From assembly GCF_009914755.1 (NCBI RefSeq), contig NC_060942.1: a stretch of 64,000 nt of DNA. One strand, 5' to 3'. Below the pieces are notes generated by a model, which was not told the DNA's origin, made no database searches, and worked only from the letters and a program-made list of their open reading frames with translations. Source of the DNA: the human T2T-CHM13v2.0 reference genome, Homo sapiens. Below, in pieces: positions 49,291-63,834 of this stretch. Positions within the stretch are counted from its first letter, which is position 1. Every line of letters begins with the position of its first letter. A program made the position numbers and the translations under genes.

Positions 49291-51441
49291 CCACTGTATT
49301 TCCATGTTCAAAAATGAGTATAGTGAAATCAAAATAAAAACCAACAGTGTCTTTCCACTTTTGACCTTAGAATAAGTTATTCTAATGGAAATCATCAAGA
49401 TTGTTAGGTCAGTTAAATAAGCCCATTCCAAAATCTGAAATTTATTACAATCCAGCATGATGAATGAGGTATAAAAGGAATCTGGTCTCCTAGTAAAAGA
49501 TGGATTCTCTTACTACACTGCAAATACTTAAAGCAGGACTCATGATCCTAATTTTCCTACAAGTGTGCCTGAAAATGTATCATGAAGAAATTCTTCAATG
49601 TGACATAAAGTCATAAATAATAAATGTATGATAAACAGATTTTTAGCAGGGAAGTTTGTCTGAACTGAGTTCTCACAATGGTAGTCCAGCTGGTGAAAGA
49701 TCAACTCATTTCAGCAAAATATTGATTTTATCAGTATTTGTTGTTTCTTACTGTCATCCACAAAATAACACAGGCAGTCATCCAGGAAGCTATGTGTTGA
49801 TTAAAGTGGCAAAAATAGAGAGATTTCTATAGCTGGGAAATTTCTTAGACCACCATGTGAGCAAGTAGAATGAATATCAATAGCCAAGTCAAAAGGTTCA
49901 AATTTTTGCTTCACAGTTAGCAGCTGGGCAAATTACTCAACCACTCTCAGTATCTTTCTCTGTAAAACAGGAATAATCTGCTTCTGAGGGCCTTGGGGAA
50001 GATAAAATAAATTAATACAAGTAAAGTGCTTAGACTTGTTGCTGGTATAAGGTAACTATGCCCTAAATGTTAACAGATAAATATACCTTCAAAATAAGCA
50101 AGCAATAAAAATGTTTCCAAAAATACCATGAAGCATAAAACTCACACACAGTTACACAACAATTCAAGGATTACAGTACTTGGATAAATTTATAAATACA
50201 TTACATCATCTCATTTTTATATACCTTCAAATATTTATAGACAACACTGATATTTCACATTCCATAATGAAAGAGTCAGCATCTTTTCTGAGCAAATATT
50301 TAAAGTTATACACTAGAGAGGAAGATCAAAGGCCTAAAGGAAATTCATCCTTTAGGGGGACCAAGGTCTCTCATTATACATTTAATTGAAGTTTGTTCTT
50401 TCCTGACTGTATGTCTGCATTTCTGCAAGTCAGAATTTGTTCTATTCACTGCAATCACAAACTCCACCTACAAAGAAGGCATGTATCAGAATTTAAGCAA
50501 ACTTTCACAAATACACTATATATATCTTTCCAATTCATAAATTCAGATTCTTTCTGGCTGCAGACAGCAGTCATTATTCCTTTGAGCCTATAATATATAC
50601 ATTTTCATGGAAGTATGAGCTAACAGCATTATTTTTCTATCCCCCCAATATTTTATTTAGATACTATTAATAACTATCAAGAAGAAAATTAGTCACAAAG
50701 GCAGAGGAAACCATGTGCATCCCTGTGCGTTTGTGTGTACAGGTTACCTCTAGAAACCAATTTTTAATCCCAGAACTAAGAAGAACAGTCATTCTCTGAT
50801 GTGTGGTGAGGCAGCCATGATTCTCAACTTCAGAGGGGCATATGGGTTGGGGAATTAGCTAAAAGGAATCTGCTCTTTCTCCTGCCCATAATTCAGTCAA
50901 GTATAATTCTCCCACAAACAATGGATCAGGAGATGAACTTATGTCACTGTACGATCTTTCCTATCATCCAAAAGTTAACTTTCAAATATGTTTGCTCATT
51001 CATACATATACATGCCCTTCATACATATATATGCAGGAAATGTATGTTCATTCATACACATATACACTCTCCCTTCTATTTATACTCTTAAAAACCACTA
51101 TAAAAAAGTCAGAATTGACAATCTTAAAACAATCCCAGTAGAAAAAAAAATCTGAAAACAAGATTCAGATTTTTTTTTTTTTTAATTTAAAGCAGAATCT
51201 GTCTTCCATCATGAGAAGGCACCTGGTTTCTTCAACTATTTGGTAAGTTTTGAAGAGTCCATCCATTAAATATAGATTTGTTTGATCTTCTGAAATGTCA
51301 TCTTCTTGCAAAGCCATTGGTATGTAATAAGTTCCATTTAAATAATGGCATTTTGCCATTTTAACATGAAACTTGGGCTGTGTTTCAGAGAATAAATAAG
51401 ACTCACGCAGTCTTTCTAAATCAGATCTTCATCCAGCCAGT

Positions 51442-51499
51442 TCATTTCCGTAACCTAATCAACATTAAATAAGGGGAAACACCTTCGGTCTTCAATTCA
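51442..51499 (-). CDS. CCDC68: CCDC68 last coding exon
   Basis: Minus strand cttttctacAG|TGAATTGAAG...CGGAAATGA. Encodes (S)ELKTEGVSPYLMLIRLRK*; the phase joins correctly to 54871-54947. Confidence 0.92.
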
Positions 51500-52061
51500 C
51501 TGTAGAAAAGACAACACGATGATCAAAATGGAGAATGTTAAACTCTAGTGATTATGGCTAGACTACCATACTCAACTACCACAATACTATTCATATCAAA
51601 TCTGAACTAACTGCTTTGTTCTAAGAGATGTGTTAATAGATGTATTCTGACCAGTTCCCCATGATATACAGTAGAATCGCATTGTGAAAGCATTTAATGC
51701 ATGCAAATTCTGCTAGATGTAACAGGACAAGAATGAGGGAGCATGAGGGAAGCCGGAGAGAGGAAGAGCCTGTATCTGCCATTCCACCTGGTGAAGACAT
51801 TCCCCAGAGTGAGTTGGAGATGACAAAACACAAATCAACTGTTCCCCCAGGCTATTTTAGTTCAATGCATTTTGCATAGCCTGAATTTATTTCCTCACTG
51901 TGTGATTCTAGTATTTAAAACTGTAAGTATGTGTGTGTATATATATACATATGTACACAGACATATGTATGCATGCACACACATATATACATATGCATAT
52001 TTTATTATTGTTGTTTAACAACATGGCCCCTCATCTCAAGCAAACCACTCAAGAAACATCA

Positions 52062-52350
52062 GGCTGGATGCAGTGGCTCATGACTGTAATCCCAACACTT
52101 TGGGAGGCTGAGGTGGGATGATCACTTGAGCCCAGGAGTTCAAGACCAGCCTAGGCACCATAGCAAGATGCTGTTTTCCACAAAAAGAAAATAGCCAGGT
52201 GTGATAGTGTGCCTGTAGCCCTAGCTACTGGGGAGGCTGAGGTGGGAGAATCCCTTGAGCCCAGGAGTTTGAGGTTAAGATGAGCTATGATTGCACTGCT
52301 GCACTCCAGCCTGGGCCACAGAGTGAGGCCCTGTCAAAACAGAAAAACAA
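52062..52350 (+). mobile_element. AluJ-like SINE followed by a GA-rich/(GGAA)n tract to ~52518
   Basis: GATCACTTGAGCCCAGGAGTTCAAGACCAGCCTAGGCACCATAG; purine-rich tail. Confidence 0.88.
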
Positions 52351-52792
52351 AGAGAATGAAAGGAAGTGGAGGGGAGGGGAGGGACTAGTTGGGAAGAGGG
52401 GAGGGGAAAGGAAGGGCAGAGAGTGGGAAGGAGGGTAGGGGAGGAAGGGGAGAGAAAGGAGAGGGAAGAGGGGAGGGAAAGGAAGGGAAGAAGGAAGGAA
52501 GGAAGGAAGGAAGGAAGATCTATATGTTCTAATGCTCAAGTAAAAAAGAAAAAACCTTGTTTGTTTGTATTCCCTGAGAGAATGTGTAGAGATTTGCCAA
52601 GATTAAATTTTTATGTGTACATAATTTTCTAATTTCAGTCTTAACAGTTATCTTTATACTCAAATCTCTCCCTAGAGTTAATTCCATTGTATATTTGTGA
52701 ATCCAGATTTACCAAACCAAACTACCACTTACATTTTTCAAGCAACCAATGGGCCATATTTTATTTTGCAAATGTGAGTCCTGCCTTTATAT

Positions 52793-53297
52793 CAGGGGTG
52801 CCCATGACTGGTGCCATGGACTGGTACCAGTCTATGGCCTGTTAGGCATAGGACTACACAGCAGGAGGTGAGCAGTGGGCAAGAGAGCGAAGCTTCATCT
52901 GTATTTACAGCCACTCCCCATCGCTCACATTACCTCCTGAGCTCCACCTCCTGTCAGATCAGCAATGGCATTAGAGTCTCATAGGTGCACGAACCCCATT
53001 GTGAACTGTGCATGCGATGGATCTAGGTTGCGTGCTCCTTATGAGAATCTAATGCCTGAACATCTGTCTCACCCCCAGATGGGACTGGCTAGTTGTAGGA
53101 AAACAAACTCAGGGCTCCCACTGATTCTACATTATAGTGAGTTTATAATTATTTTATTATACATTACAATGTAATAAAAATAGAAATAAATGTAATGCAC
53201 TTGAATCACACCGAAACCATCCTCTCCACCCTGGTCCATGGAAAAACTGTCTTCCATGAAACTGGACCCCTGGTTCCAAAAAGGTTGGGGACTGCTG
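52793..53297 (+). mobile_element. MER1A-like hAT-Charlie DNA transposon
   Basis: CAGGGGTGCCCA...GGTTGGGGACTGCTG; 8-bp TSD CTTTATAT/CTTTACAT; homologous to 1938-2470 in the opposite orientation. Confidence 0.85.
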
Positions 53298-54870
53298 CTT
53301 TACATAATTAATACGAGAATTTCTATCAAAAATCACAGAACAAAGGGTACATTCAGTCTCATTTCACCACTTCAATTAGGAAATTTCCCCCATTTGGCCT
53401 TTCCCAAGTCACAGGGAGAAGAAAAATCTTTAAACAGTAAACCTTTAACTATTAATTAGTTAAATACTAATTAATAGCTGTAGCTAAAGCGTTGGCCAAA
53501 AAAAGCATTCTCTTCAACATGACCCCTATATACCAGCCAGAGTCTCAGCATTCAATACTAGAGTAGTTACCATATGAAGATAACCAGCTGTTTCATTGTC
53601 TGCTCCATTCTGGCCCCATTCCCTCCAGGGTCCAAGCAGCTGGGACTGGCCATAGTGCTTCACCATCCCAATGGGAATGGTAAAGATGGAAGGGAGCAAA
53701 ATATTAGCCATCCTTCCTTCCCTTAGAATGTCACGCTTGCCCTCCTAGTCCAAACTTTTCACATCTTCCCCAACTGAAGTGACTCCACTCTCCCTGCTTC
53801 TGAAATGTAGGCATTTCCTCTCCTCCTGGGAAACCTCTGAGGCTTCATTTCTTTTCTTTTCTAGAAGTTGCAGGGCTAGTGGCCAAAAAGTTTCTAACAA
53901 GCATCTGGAGGCCAAAAGATTTTAGAGGACTTGAATCATAATAGTTTCATCTCTAGTCTCTAATTACATACATCATTAGCAAAGTGAAATACTGTTTCAG
54001 GCAGTTTTAAAGAGAGAAGAATCTTCCTGAATTCCTAGACTGATGCTAATCATAGTGGGTCTGATTTTTCCACCTCCGGCACTGGGCTGAAGAGACGTTT
54101 AGAAAGTAAGATTCTTCCCTAGAGGGACTAGCTTGGGAAATTCAAAAGCTGCTAGAAGACGAAGTTTTTAATCACTTTTTGAATGATACATATAATTAGA
54201 GACTATGTTTTCTTTTAAATGATAATTTCATGGGGTTTGTGGAAATGAGATTTGAGCCCAGATTCTGATTCTGCCAACAACCACAACAAAAATTTAACTT
54301 AAAAAAATGACTTAGATGGTTTCAACCATCATTTCAATTTCTTTAGTAGGTCATCATCATCGCTTGAAATCATTCATTATTAGATAGCTGTTGAAGAACC
54401 TTGTCCTTAGCAATGCAGGAAATTAAAAAGAACTATTCTTGCCCTGGTGATATTTATATTAATAATTTATTAGAGTTGACAACATAGCAATTTCAAAAAA
54501 TGCCAACAATTAAAGATTAAAATGTCCATCAATGGCATAAAAAACTTGAGCAACAGAAGAAGAAAGACAATAAAGGAGATGATCTGTAATGTCTAGGTGT
54601 TGGAGTTGAGATTGGGCTTGTTAATTAGGGCAAAGAAGAAAAAAAGAGATATCTAAATTTGTTCATTAATTTATTTAGTATTTCTGTGTTAGGCTTTGAG
54701 GATTAAATGATGAACAAGATTAACACAGTTCTGAATAGAAACTGGGAGAAAAACAGTAAACAAATGATTACATAAGCAGTGACAGACTGGAATCTTTCTT
54801 GAGTGGGTTGAATGTCTAACATGTTCAACATAGGTTGTGAAGACAGGGTGGAAGAAGACAGAGACCTTAC

Positions 54871-54947
54871 CTTGTAGAGACAGCCTTAGATACCTTTGTC
54901 CTAGGAGTTTCAGATGAAAGTGCTACCTGGGTTTTTAGTTCTTTATT
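54871..54947 (-). CDS. CCDC68: CCDC68 (coiled-coil domain-containing 68), penultimate coding exon
   Basis: Minus strand ...aattttAG|AATAAAGAACTA...TCTACAAG|GTaagg. Encodes NKELKTQVALSSETPRTKVSKAVST(S), which I recognise as the CCDC68 C-terminal region. 77 nt. Further upstream exons were not found and probably lie beyond the window. Confidence 0.92.
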
Positions 54948-55814
54948 CTAAAATTGAAAAAAAATGCAGACGTCAAATAGCTAACACATTTATTAGCTAC
55001 ACCCTCAATGCTTCTATTCAACCCAACACCTGCCTCACTCGTTGGCAGCAAGTTTGTTATTGCAGTTATGCTATAGAACACAGAAAATAGCCAGTTGAAA
55101 GTCACTAAATATTATCTCTGAACATGCAGATACTCCTTTAAAAATGTATAATTTACCAAGGGACTAAAATAGAGTATTCTGATTTAGCATCTGAAATTCA
55201 ACAGCTGAAGTATCCATATTTTATTTTACAGAGTTTTAAAAATACAGGCAAATGAAAAGAACTTTTAAGGAACCTTGTTAAAGATACCCACAATATCGAT
55301 CACATGTTCGTCTTTCTTTTGCGATCTCTTGATTATAAACCCCATGAAAATAGGTCCCATCTGCTCTTTACTATTAATATAAGTTCATGGCCTCTATAGC
55401 CTCAATTTTCTTATGAAACCTTAGTTTCTTTATATCTATACTAGTGGTAAATGATACATGTCCTGCCTACTTTGTGTAAGTTGTTGGAAGAAACAAGTGT
55501 CATATGAACATAATATTTTACATCTGGAAGCACTCTCATAATTCTGGGAGTTCATGCAACAGCTAAGAACAGGAGTGGTTAGAGCACAAGTTCTCAGGTA
55601 CAAATCCTAGCACAGCCACTCACTGGTTACATGACCTCCTTTAGGTTACTTAACCTCTCTGTGCCTAATTTCCTCATCTGAATTACAGATATAATAATAA
55701 CGCCTTCTCCACAGATTTAAAATGAGATAAAAAAATACGTCAAGTGCTCAGCTAGTGCCTGGCACAGATTTTAAGAGTAAAGGCAATTGGTTATGATTTT
55801 CTAGTCGAAGTGCC

Positions 55815-56095
55815 TTTTTTTTTGACAGTGTCTGGCTCCATCACCCAGGCTGGATACAGTATCTCGGCTCACTTCAACCTCCACCTCCAAGCCTAAACCT
55901 GCCTTCCACTCAGCCTCCCGAATAGCTGGGACCACAAGTGTGCACCACTATGCCTGGCTAATTTTTGTATTTTGGGTAGAGACAGGGTTTCACCATGTTG
56001 CTCACACTGGTCTTAAACTCCTGGACTTGAGCAGTCCACCTGCCTCAGCCTCCCGAAGTGCTGGGATTGTAGGTGTGAGCAACCGCACTCAGCCT
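55815..56095 (-). mobile_element. AluJ-like SINE (diverged)
   Basis: Poly-T, CCCAGGCTGG, GTAGAGACAGGGTTTCACCATGTTG, CTCCTGGACTTGAGCAGTCCACC. Confidence 0.82.
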
Positions 56096-56462
56096 CAAGT
56101 ACCATTTTTATAACTATAAATTGAATTCCAAAGACTTCCAGTGCCCCACATCCTATTCATGCAGAGCTCAATGCCAAGCTGTTTCCTCCTGTCCAGAGCC
56201 AGTGTTTTCTCTACAACATAGTCAAGTGAGCAATTTCACTTCCCAGATCTGGAAAGTGAGACTTAAAATGGTTAGGGATCATGAGCAATGCTGAGTTGCC
56301 AGTGGGTTGCACTTTAAAGGACACACCCATATAAAAGTGTCTGCGACCAAAAGGTAGCTGGGGGGAACGATGACAAGTGATGAACAGCAGAACATCAGCT
56401 CCCTTCCCTTTCAAGGAACAGACTTAGAGAGTCATGTAATTATAGTTTAAAAGGTATTTTCT

Positions 56463-58433
56463 TTCTTTTTTTTTTTTTTTTGAGACAGGGTCTCACTCTG
56501 TCGCCCAGGCTGGAGTGCAGTGGCGCGATCTCAGTGTTACAAGGTGTCATTTTTCTGGCCGCAAATGTTTGAGGCCAGTGGCGCCTTTGCCAGAGTTTTA
56601 CTTGGTTCCGTTGGGCTCATTTTGTTCACTCAGCCTGGCAGGCTGTGAACTACTGGCCTAGGTCTCATGCCTGTCAAGGGCGAGTCAGGTGTGAAATGGT
56701 GAGGGGTGTGTGAGCAAGTGGTGTGGGGTCCGGCCACTGTGTATAGTCAAACATGCCGACTGCTACAGTGGGGCACACAGCGCCAGGTACTGGCATGGGT
56801 GCTGGCTCTGCGAGGCTGCGGCTAGACCAGGTGCACCACAAGCAGCTTCCACAGCTGGCACCGGGGAACACGGTGGCACCCGGAAGCTTGGAGATGCCAG
56901 GAACCGCAAGGCCCCAAAGAGAGAGTCACAGCCCTGGCTCAGGGAGCTCCCAGGTCTGGGCTGCCCAAAGGGCCACAGCTCTTCTTTCCTTCTCTTTGCC
57001 TGCAACATGGCGAGCAAGGGGCATGTCTCAGCCCTGTTTGTGTTACAGCTCTTTTAGCCCAGGCATCCAGTGGGTCCTGAGTTCTTGTCCGGCAACCAGG
57101 AAGAATGAGGTACCCAGACAAGTGTAGAGTGACCAAGACAAAGAGGAGCTTTACTGAGCAATAGAACAGCTCAGAGGAAACCTGCAGGGGGCAGCTCCTT
57201 TCTGCAGCCAGGGTGTCCTGACAAGTGTCCAGCTCCTAGCAGAGAAGGTAGCTCCTCTCTGCTAGGCAAGTGATCCCAACAAGTGTTCAGCTATCAACAG
57301 AGACGGTAGCTCCTCTCTACAGCTGGCTGCCCCATCGTCTGTGCAGCTCTCATCAAAGAGGAAGCCCTAGAGTGGGTGGCTCCTCTCTGCAGGCAGGTTG
57401 TCCCAATATCTGCTTGATTCTCAGTAGAGTGGAGGCCCTGGAGTGGGTAGCTCTTCTCTGCAGCTGGTCATCCCAGTGTCTGCCCAGCTCTGGCTAAGCC
57501 TGGGGCTTTCATGGCCTCAGAGGGGAAGGAAGTATGTGCTGATTGCTCCATGGGCAGCCATGAATGGGCCCACAAAAGGCAACACAAGTTCTTACTCCAG
57601 TGCATAAGACTGGCAGCCCGGCCCCCAGCATTCAGACCCTTCCTGTCCTGAAGGTGAGGACTCACTGGAGACCTGCCCCCTTCTGCCCAGGAGCCTGTCT
57701 GCCTTCTGCTGTGGTTCATAGCACCCAGGCTGTTTGTGCCAAGGGGCACCTTCAGGCCAGCACCAAGCTGCCCTCAGCACCCCCTTGGCTTCCCTCTCAT
57801 GCTCAGTGGTGCCCAAAGTCCAGAGGGGGTTGAGGCAGAAGGGGGTTAGCATGTCAGCTCTAACCCGAGCATGCACACACCCAGCTGAGCTGTGACAGTG
57901 CCTGGGCTTGGCCCCAACTTTGCTCCGAGATTGGGGAGGGTGCCAACAGCAGGGAGAAGCCAGGCAGTGGGAGCAGGCACTTCCGAGCCTGCAAGGGCAA
58001 GGGGGGCCTTCCAAGGCCCCCAGGAGTGCAGGGACTCCTGAGTCTGCAGCCACAGTTCAAACAGCTGCAGCTGTGCCCAGTAGGGGTGGGGCTCTTGTGG
58101 GCTCCATGGAGAATGCAGCCCTTGCCACGCCTCCCTGCTGCAGCCAGTGAGATGGCAATAGACCCTCCAGATGGCTCATTACAGCCATCAATGGCTCACT
58201 GCAACCTCCACCTCCACTTCCTGGGTTCAAGCGATTCTCCTGCCTCAGCCTCCCGAGTAGCTAGGATTACAAGCACGTGCTACCACAGCTGGCCATTTTT
58301 GTAATTTTTTTTAGTAGAGACAGGGTTTCACCATGTTGGCCACGCTGCTCTTGAACTCCTGGCCCTCCAGTGACCCGCCCGCCTCAGCCTCCCAAAGTGC
58401 TAACATTACAGGTGAAAGCCACTGCACCTGGCC
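56463..58433 (-). mobile_element. AluS SINE split by an LTR (Alu parts 56463-56534 and 58191-58433)
   Basis: The Alu stops at ...GGCGCGATCTCAG and resumes at GGCTCACTGCAACCTCC; shared TSD TA(A/C)AAGGTATTTTCT at 56448-62 and 58434-48. Confidence 0.88.
56535..58190 (-). mobile_element. MER52-family ERV1 solo LTR (~1.65 kb), sense to CCDC68
   Basis: GC-rich; minus strand starts TGATGGCTG...CCATCTGGAG and ends ...GGCCAGAAAAATGACACCTTGTAACA; internal AGCTCCTCTCTGC repeats typical of MER52. Confidence 0.82.
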
Positions 58434-59751
58434 TACAAGGTATTTTCTGATATTCCACCTGATGGTTTGGATTAAGTTAATGGTTTAGAGTCAGCCTTGA
58501 ATTGTGCCTCTTCTTAGCTCCCAGCATTTATCATGAATAATAACTCAAAGATGGAGCCAGTATCTTCACATGCAATCATCATTTCACTGTGAAATTTCAA
58601 GAGTGAAGCTAAGTTTCACCAAGGAAATGTACTTCAGATTTCATCAATTGATGGTGAAGATTTCCTCATATAATGAATATAAATCTATTATACACTCCAA
58701 ACAAGGGCAGGCACATATTATAGGCCAAGCACGTGCCTAGAAAAAAGTCCCTCTCTATAGTACTTTACACTTGACAAAGCAATTTGAAACACACTCCCTT
58801 GATGACAAGCATGATTGAAATGAAAATATTCTGTGACAGGACAATTAGGTAAAAGCTACTTAGGTTTTCCCCAGAATAAGCTCCCAGTTTCTCGACCAAT
58901 TCAGTACCAAACAATACAAAAGCATAGGAGTTATTATGTTAGACTCTCTTCAATTTATTTTAAATTCCATGCTGATTTGTTTCATCTACCAGATTTAGGC
59001 ATTTAGTCTTGATTCATAGACTTTTCTGATTTTTCCTTTAACTAGGACAGTGTATGCATGAGTTTTATTTAAAAACTACAAATCACTGGCCAGAATATGC
59101 CTGCCATTATTATGGCTCTGTCTAAGGATAGTTTATTGACATAGTTTTCACAAAGAATATAATTTTTGCATACTTAATATTTTAGCAACACACTCCAGAA
59201 TTAAATTTAAAGGATGATGGTGCTTATATAAAGTAGGATAATCTTCAAAGTTTAGAAAATGGAGTAATTTCTGAAAATGCATTTCCCTAGGAGCAGGTCC
59301 TTAGCGAAGAAACTAGAAATGCAAGAAATATAAGATGAGTGTCAGAGCTGTAAATTAAGATGATGAAAGATATGCAAAACCAGAAAGAAAGTAAATAATT
59401 TCGGTAGAGTTAAGCAGAAATTTTCTGGTGATATTTAAAACTGGCTAAGAAGAATTAAACATTTTTTAAAAGATAGGGTTATATGAGTCAATTTTATCAC
59501 CTATAGGGAGAGGAAAAAAAACTGCTAGGATAGAAAGACCACCACAGGAAAAAAGGAGGTGTTTCCATTACTTGAAAGCTAGAAGTAAGATAGAAAATAT
59601 TTAATACAGTAACTGTGACAATGACTAAAATCAACGTAAAAGACTATGCAAATTTAATGTTATAACCAGGTGTTTAAAAATATATTGGCTACACATATAT
59701 ATTTCACAAACATGTATACACATACACACACACACACATTTAATCACCCAG

Positions 59752-60122
59752 TGTATTAGTCTGTACTGACGCTGCTAATAAAGATGTACCCAAGACTGGG
59801 TAATTTATAAAGGAAAGACGTTTAATGGACTCACAGTTCCACATGGCTGGGGAGGCCTCACAATCATGGCAGAAGGGAAAGGAGACGCAAAGACACGTCT
59901 TACATGGAGGCAGGCAATAAAGAATGAGAACCAAGCGAAAGGGGTTTCCCCTTAAAAAACCATCAGATCTCATGAGACTTATTCACTACCATGAGAACAG
60001 TACAGGGGAAACTATCCCCAGGATTCAAAGATCTCCCACAGGGTCCCTCCCACAACACATGGGGATTATGGGAGCTACAATTCAAGATGAGGTTTGGGTG
60101 AGGACACAGCCAAACCATATCA
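59752..60122 (-). mobile_element. THE1B-like MaLR solo LTR
   Basis: TGTATTAGTCTGT...GCTGCTAATAAAGA...GACACAGCCAAACCATATCA; TSD CCCAG/CCCAA. Confidence 0.88.
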
Positions 60123-60603
60123 CCCAAATACCCAGATAAGCAGATATTGATGGGCAGGCATGTGCTGCAAAATTAAGCAGACTCAAATGCAGGTTCTGCC
60201 ACCTGCTTGCTGAATGATTTTAAACAGGCTGCTTAACTTCTCAGATCCTCAGTTTTGTCACTTGCAAAATGTAGTCAACATTAGCTCTCCTGGAGCAGCT
60301 TTCAGGATTAAAGAAAACAAAATACGTAGCATGACTAAACAGAGACAAACGATTTTAGCATGAATGAGAAAGTGATGCTGTCTTTATGGTTTCAAAAGTT
60401 GCTGGGTTTAAAAGGTTGTTCAAGCTCTGATGATCATTTTTCATAAACTGAATCAGTTCCTCCTGTTATTTTAGGAATTCCAAAATGGGCAGTGACCTTA
60501 AATTTGCAGTGCAAGACAGTGTACCCCTGCACATTTTATTCTAGCTTAAAAGCTTTATAATAAGCTATTCACTAGGAATAGGATAGAAATTTATTTACTA
60601 TGA

Positions 60604-61105
<502 letters not shown>

Positions 61106-61417
61106 TTATTTGTTTGTTGTCTGTTTCTTCAAAGTATAAGTAAGATGAAATCAGGGACAATCTGTCACATTCATAGCCACATACCCAGCACTTAGAACAT
61201 TTCCTGACACATCATAAACACACAAAAATATCTGTTGAATAAATAAATTAATATGGCTTGGACTTTTTAAAGCTCAAATGGGTGTAGTAACATCCACTGC
61301 TGTGAAGGAAAGATTTATCTGTTGAAGAAAATAAATGTTGAGAACATAAAGTCACTCATCAGATACTGTTATTATTTGAAGCCTTTTTTTATACAAGTGT
61401 TAGAAAACACTGGCTTG

Positions 61418-61727
61418 AGTCTGGGCACAATGGCTCACACCTATAATCCCAGCACTTTGGGAGGCTGAGACAGGAGGATCACCTGAGGTCAGGGGTTCGA
61501 GACCAGCCTGGCCAACATGGTGAAACCTTGTCTCTACTAAAAATACAAAAATTAGTCAGGTGTGGCGGTGGGCACTTGTAATCCCATCTATTTGGGAGTG
61601 TGAGGTAGGAGAATTGCTTGAACCCGGGAGGCCAAGGCTGCAGTGAGCCGAGATCACGAGATCACGCCACTGCACTCCAGCCTGGGTGACAAAGTGAGAC
61701 TCCATCTCAAAAAAAGAAAAAAGAAAA
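61418..61727 (+). mobile_element. AluSx-like SINE
   Basis: Full dimer; perfect 16-bp TSD AGAAAACACTGGCTTG at 61402-17 and 61728-43; internal GAGATCAC duplication. Confidence 0.92.
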
Positions 61728-62729
61728 AGAAAACACTGGCTTGGGTTGAGCTACGTACAGAGACTCTAAGACAACACTGAGAGGTTCTGTCACATTACTG
61801 TAGAGAGTCTGCCACAAACCAAGAAGTTTTCATGAGAGGAGAGGGACATACGTATATTTCTGTGGCATAATTGCTGAATAGTCGGTAATTATTTGCTGAA
61901 TTTTGGAATATACAAACGGAGTACAATGGAAACAAATACACCTTCCTTGTCTAACTGTTTAACCAACAGGCCAGCTGAATAATGTACAGCGTCGGGGTTA
62001 AGTTGTCAGTTTATTTAGGAAGATAAACTCCTCATTGGGAACAATATAAATAAATAGGCACAACTAAAGAACACAAAATTGAATTAGAAGCTGTAGTACC
62101 ACTGACACATTGACTTTGTGATAAGAATGGGCACTTAATTAGATATGAGCAGAGCCCAGAACCATATGAAGTGAAAGATCTGAGAATGATGCCAACTCTA
62201 AAACAACCTCTCCAATTAAAACATATTACAGATGTACAATAATTAAAGCAGTAAGCTATTGGAGCCACAATAGGCTGATTCGCTGTTGGAACAGCTTCAA
62301 TAAGAATTTAGTCCAGAATAAAGAGGCATTTCAAATTCACTCACTAGGCAGTAAGTTCCAGGAAGCAGGACTCATGTCTATTTTGTTCAACATTGTTTTC
62401 TAGAATTTAGTGCCTATACTGTAGTAGCCACTCAATAATTAAGTGTAGAAGTAATTACATAATTAGTGATGTGGAAAAATGAATGAAAGTTTAAAAATGA
62501 GAATACAATAGGCACAGTGCAGTGCCATATATATTCTATAGTTAGTATGTACACACAGGTATATAACAGGCACATAGATTCCCACAAAACATAGATATAC
62601 CCAGCTATGCTGATTTGGTATCCAGGGATGGTACTTTTATCAGTGATTTTCTTGTTCTATTTGCTTATCCATATGTCCCAACTTATATGGAATGAATGAA
62701 TGTTAGTTACGTAAAAAATGTAAGAAATA

Positions 62730-63076
<347 letters not shown>

Positions 63077-63834
63077 TTATCAAGTAACATTTGCCAAAAA
63101 GCCACTAAGAAAGGCTGTGAAGAAATGTCTTTAGAGAACATTTCATACAAGGGGACTCCACTGTGACATGAATCACATAATCTGAAGGTCCCCTGAAATA
63201 AATTAGCCAGCTATTACTGGGCACTTGAGTGAACACTAGTTTTGAGCCAATTATTCCACAATCAAGGCATTTTTAGCTGCACAGAGCTGAGAGCAGTGTG
63301 TTAATCAGTCCCATACAGCCTGAAGAGGGCGAGAGTCTAAAGAGAGTGCGAGGTTCAATGAGGCCTATCCTCAAAACCAAAAGAGAACAATTGTCTGCTG
63401 GGAAGGTAGAAATGGAAAATGAGGCCACAAAAATTAACATGTAAAAAACTATTATTATGATTTTTTATCTTCTGTTTGGGGAAAGCAGAAAGAACATGAT
63501 AGTGGAAGGAATAATTCCAAAAGAGGATAAGGCCTCCAGTGGGAAGTCAGAACATCTCCACAGTCTACAGGACTGGGCAACATTACGCTGGCAGGTGACA
63601 ATTGGCAGAAAATCAAAATACTGAGGGATGGAGTAGAACAGGTGAACAGCTCCAGGCAGTGGGTGATGCGCCATTTGACAGAGACAGAAGCAGAGACACG
63701 GCAAGAAATGGAATGAGGTGGAGGTGCTGTGGGGTCTTCAGAGGAGCTCCAACCTTGGCAGGGGCTTCATTGCACTTCCTGCAAGGCAGGGGCATCGCCA
63801 GCAGAGGACAGCAGCTGAGTGCTAGCAAGGGGGT

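Larger units (their letters stand above)
48590..51441 (-). other. CCDC68: CCDC68 3'UTR (~2.85 kb)
   Basis: Follows the TGA on the minus strand. ATTAAA (minus) at 48607-12, with a T/GT-rich tract (minus) beyond ~48585. The end is inferred. Confidence 0.65.

Noticed and set aside
56674-58304. Dense cluster of overlapping 65-153 aa ORFs on both strands
   Set aside because: They lie in the GC-rich MER52 LTR, where stop codons are rare; no gag/pol/env or other recognisable motif.
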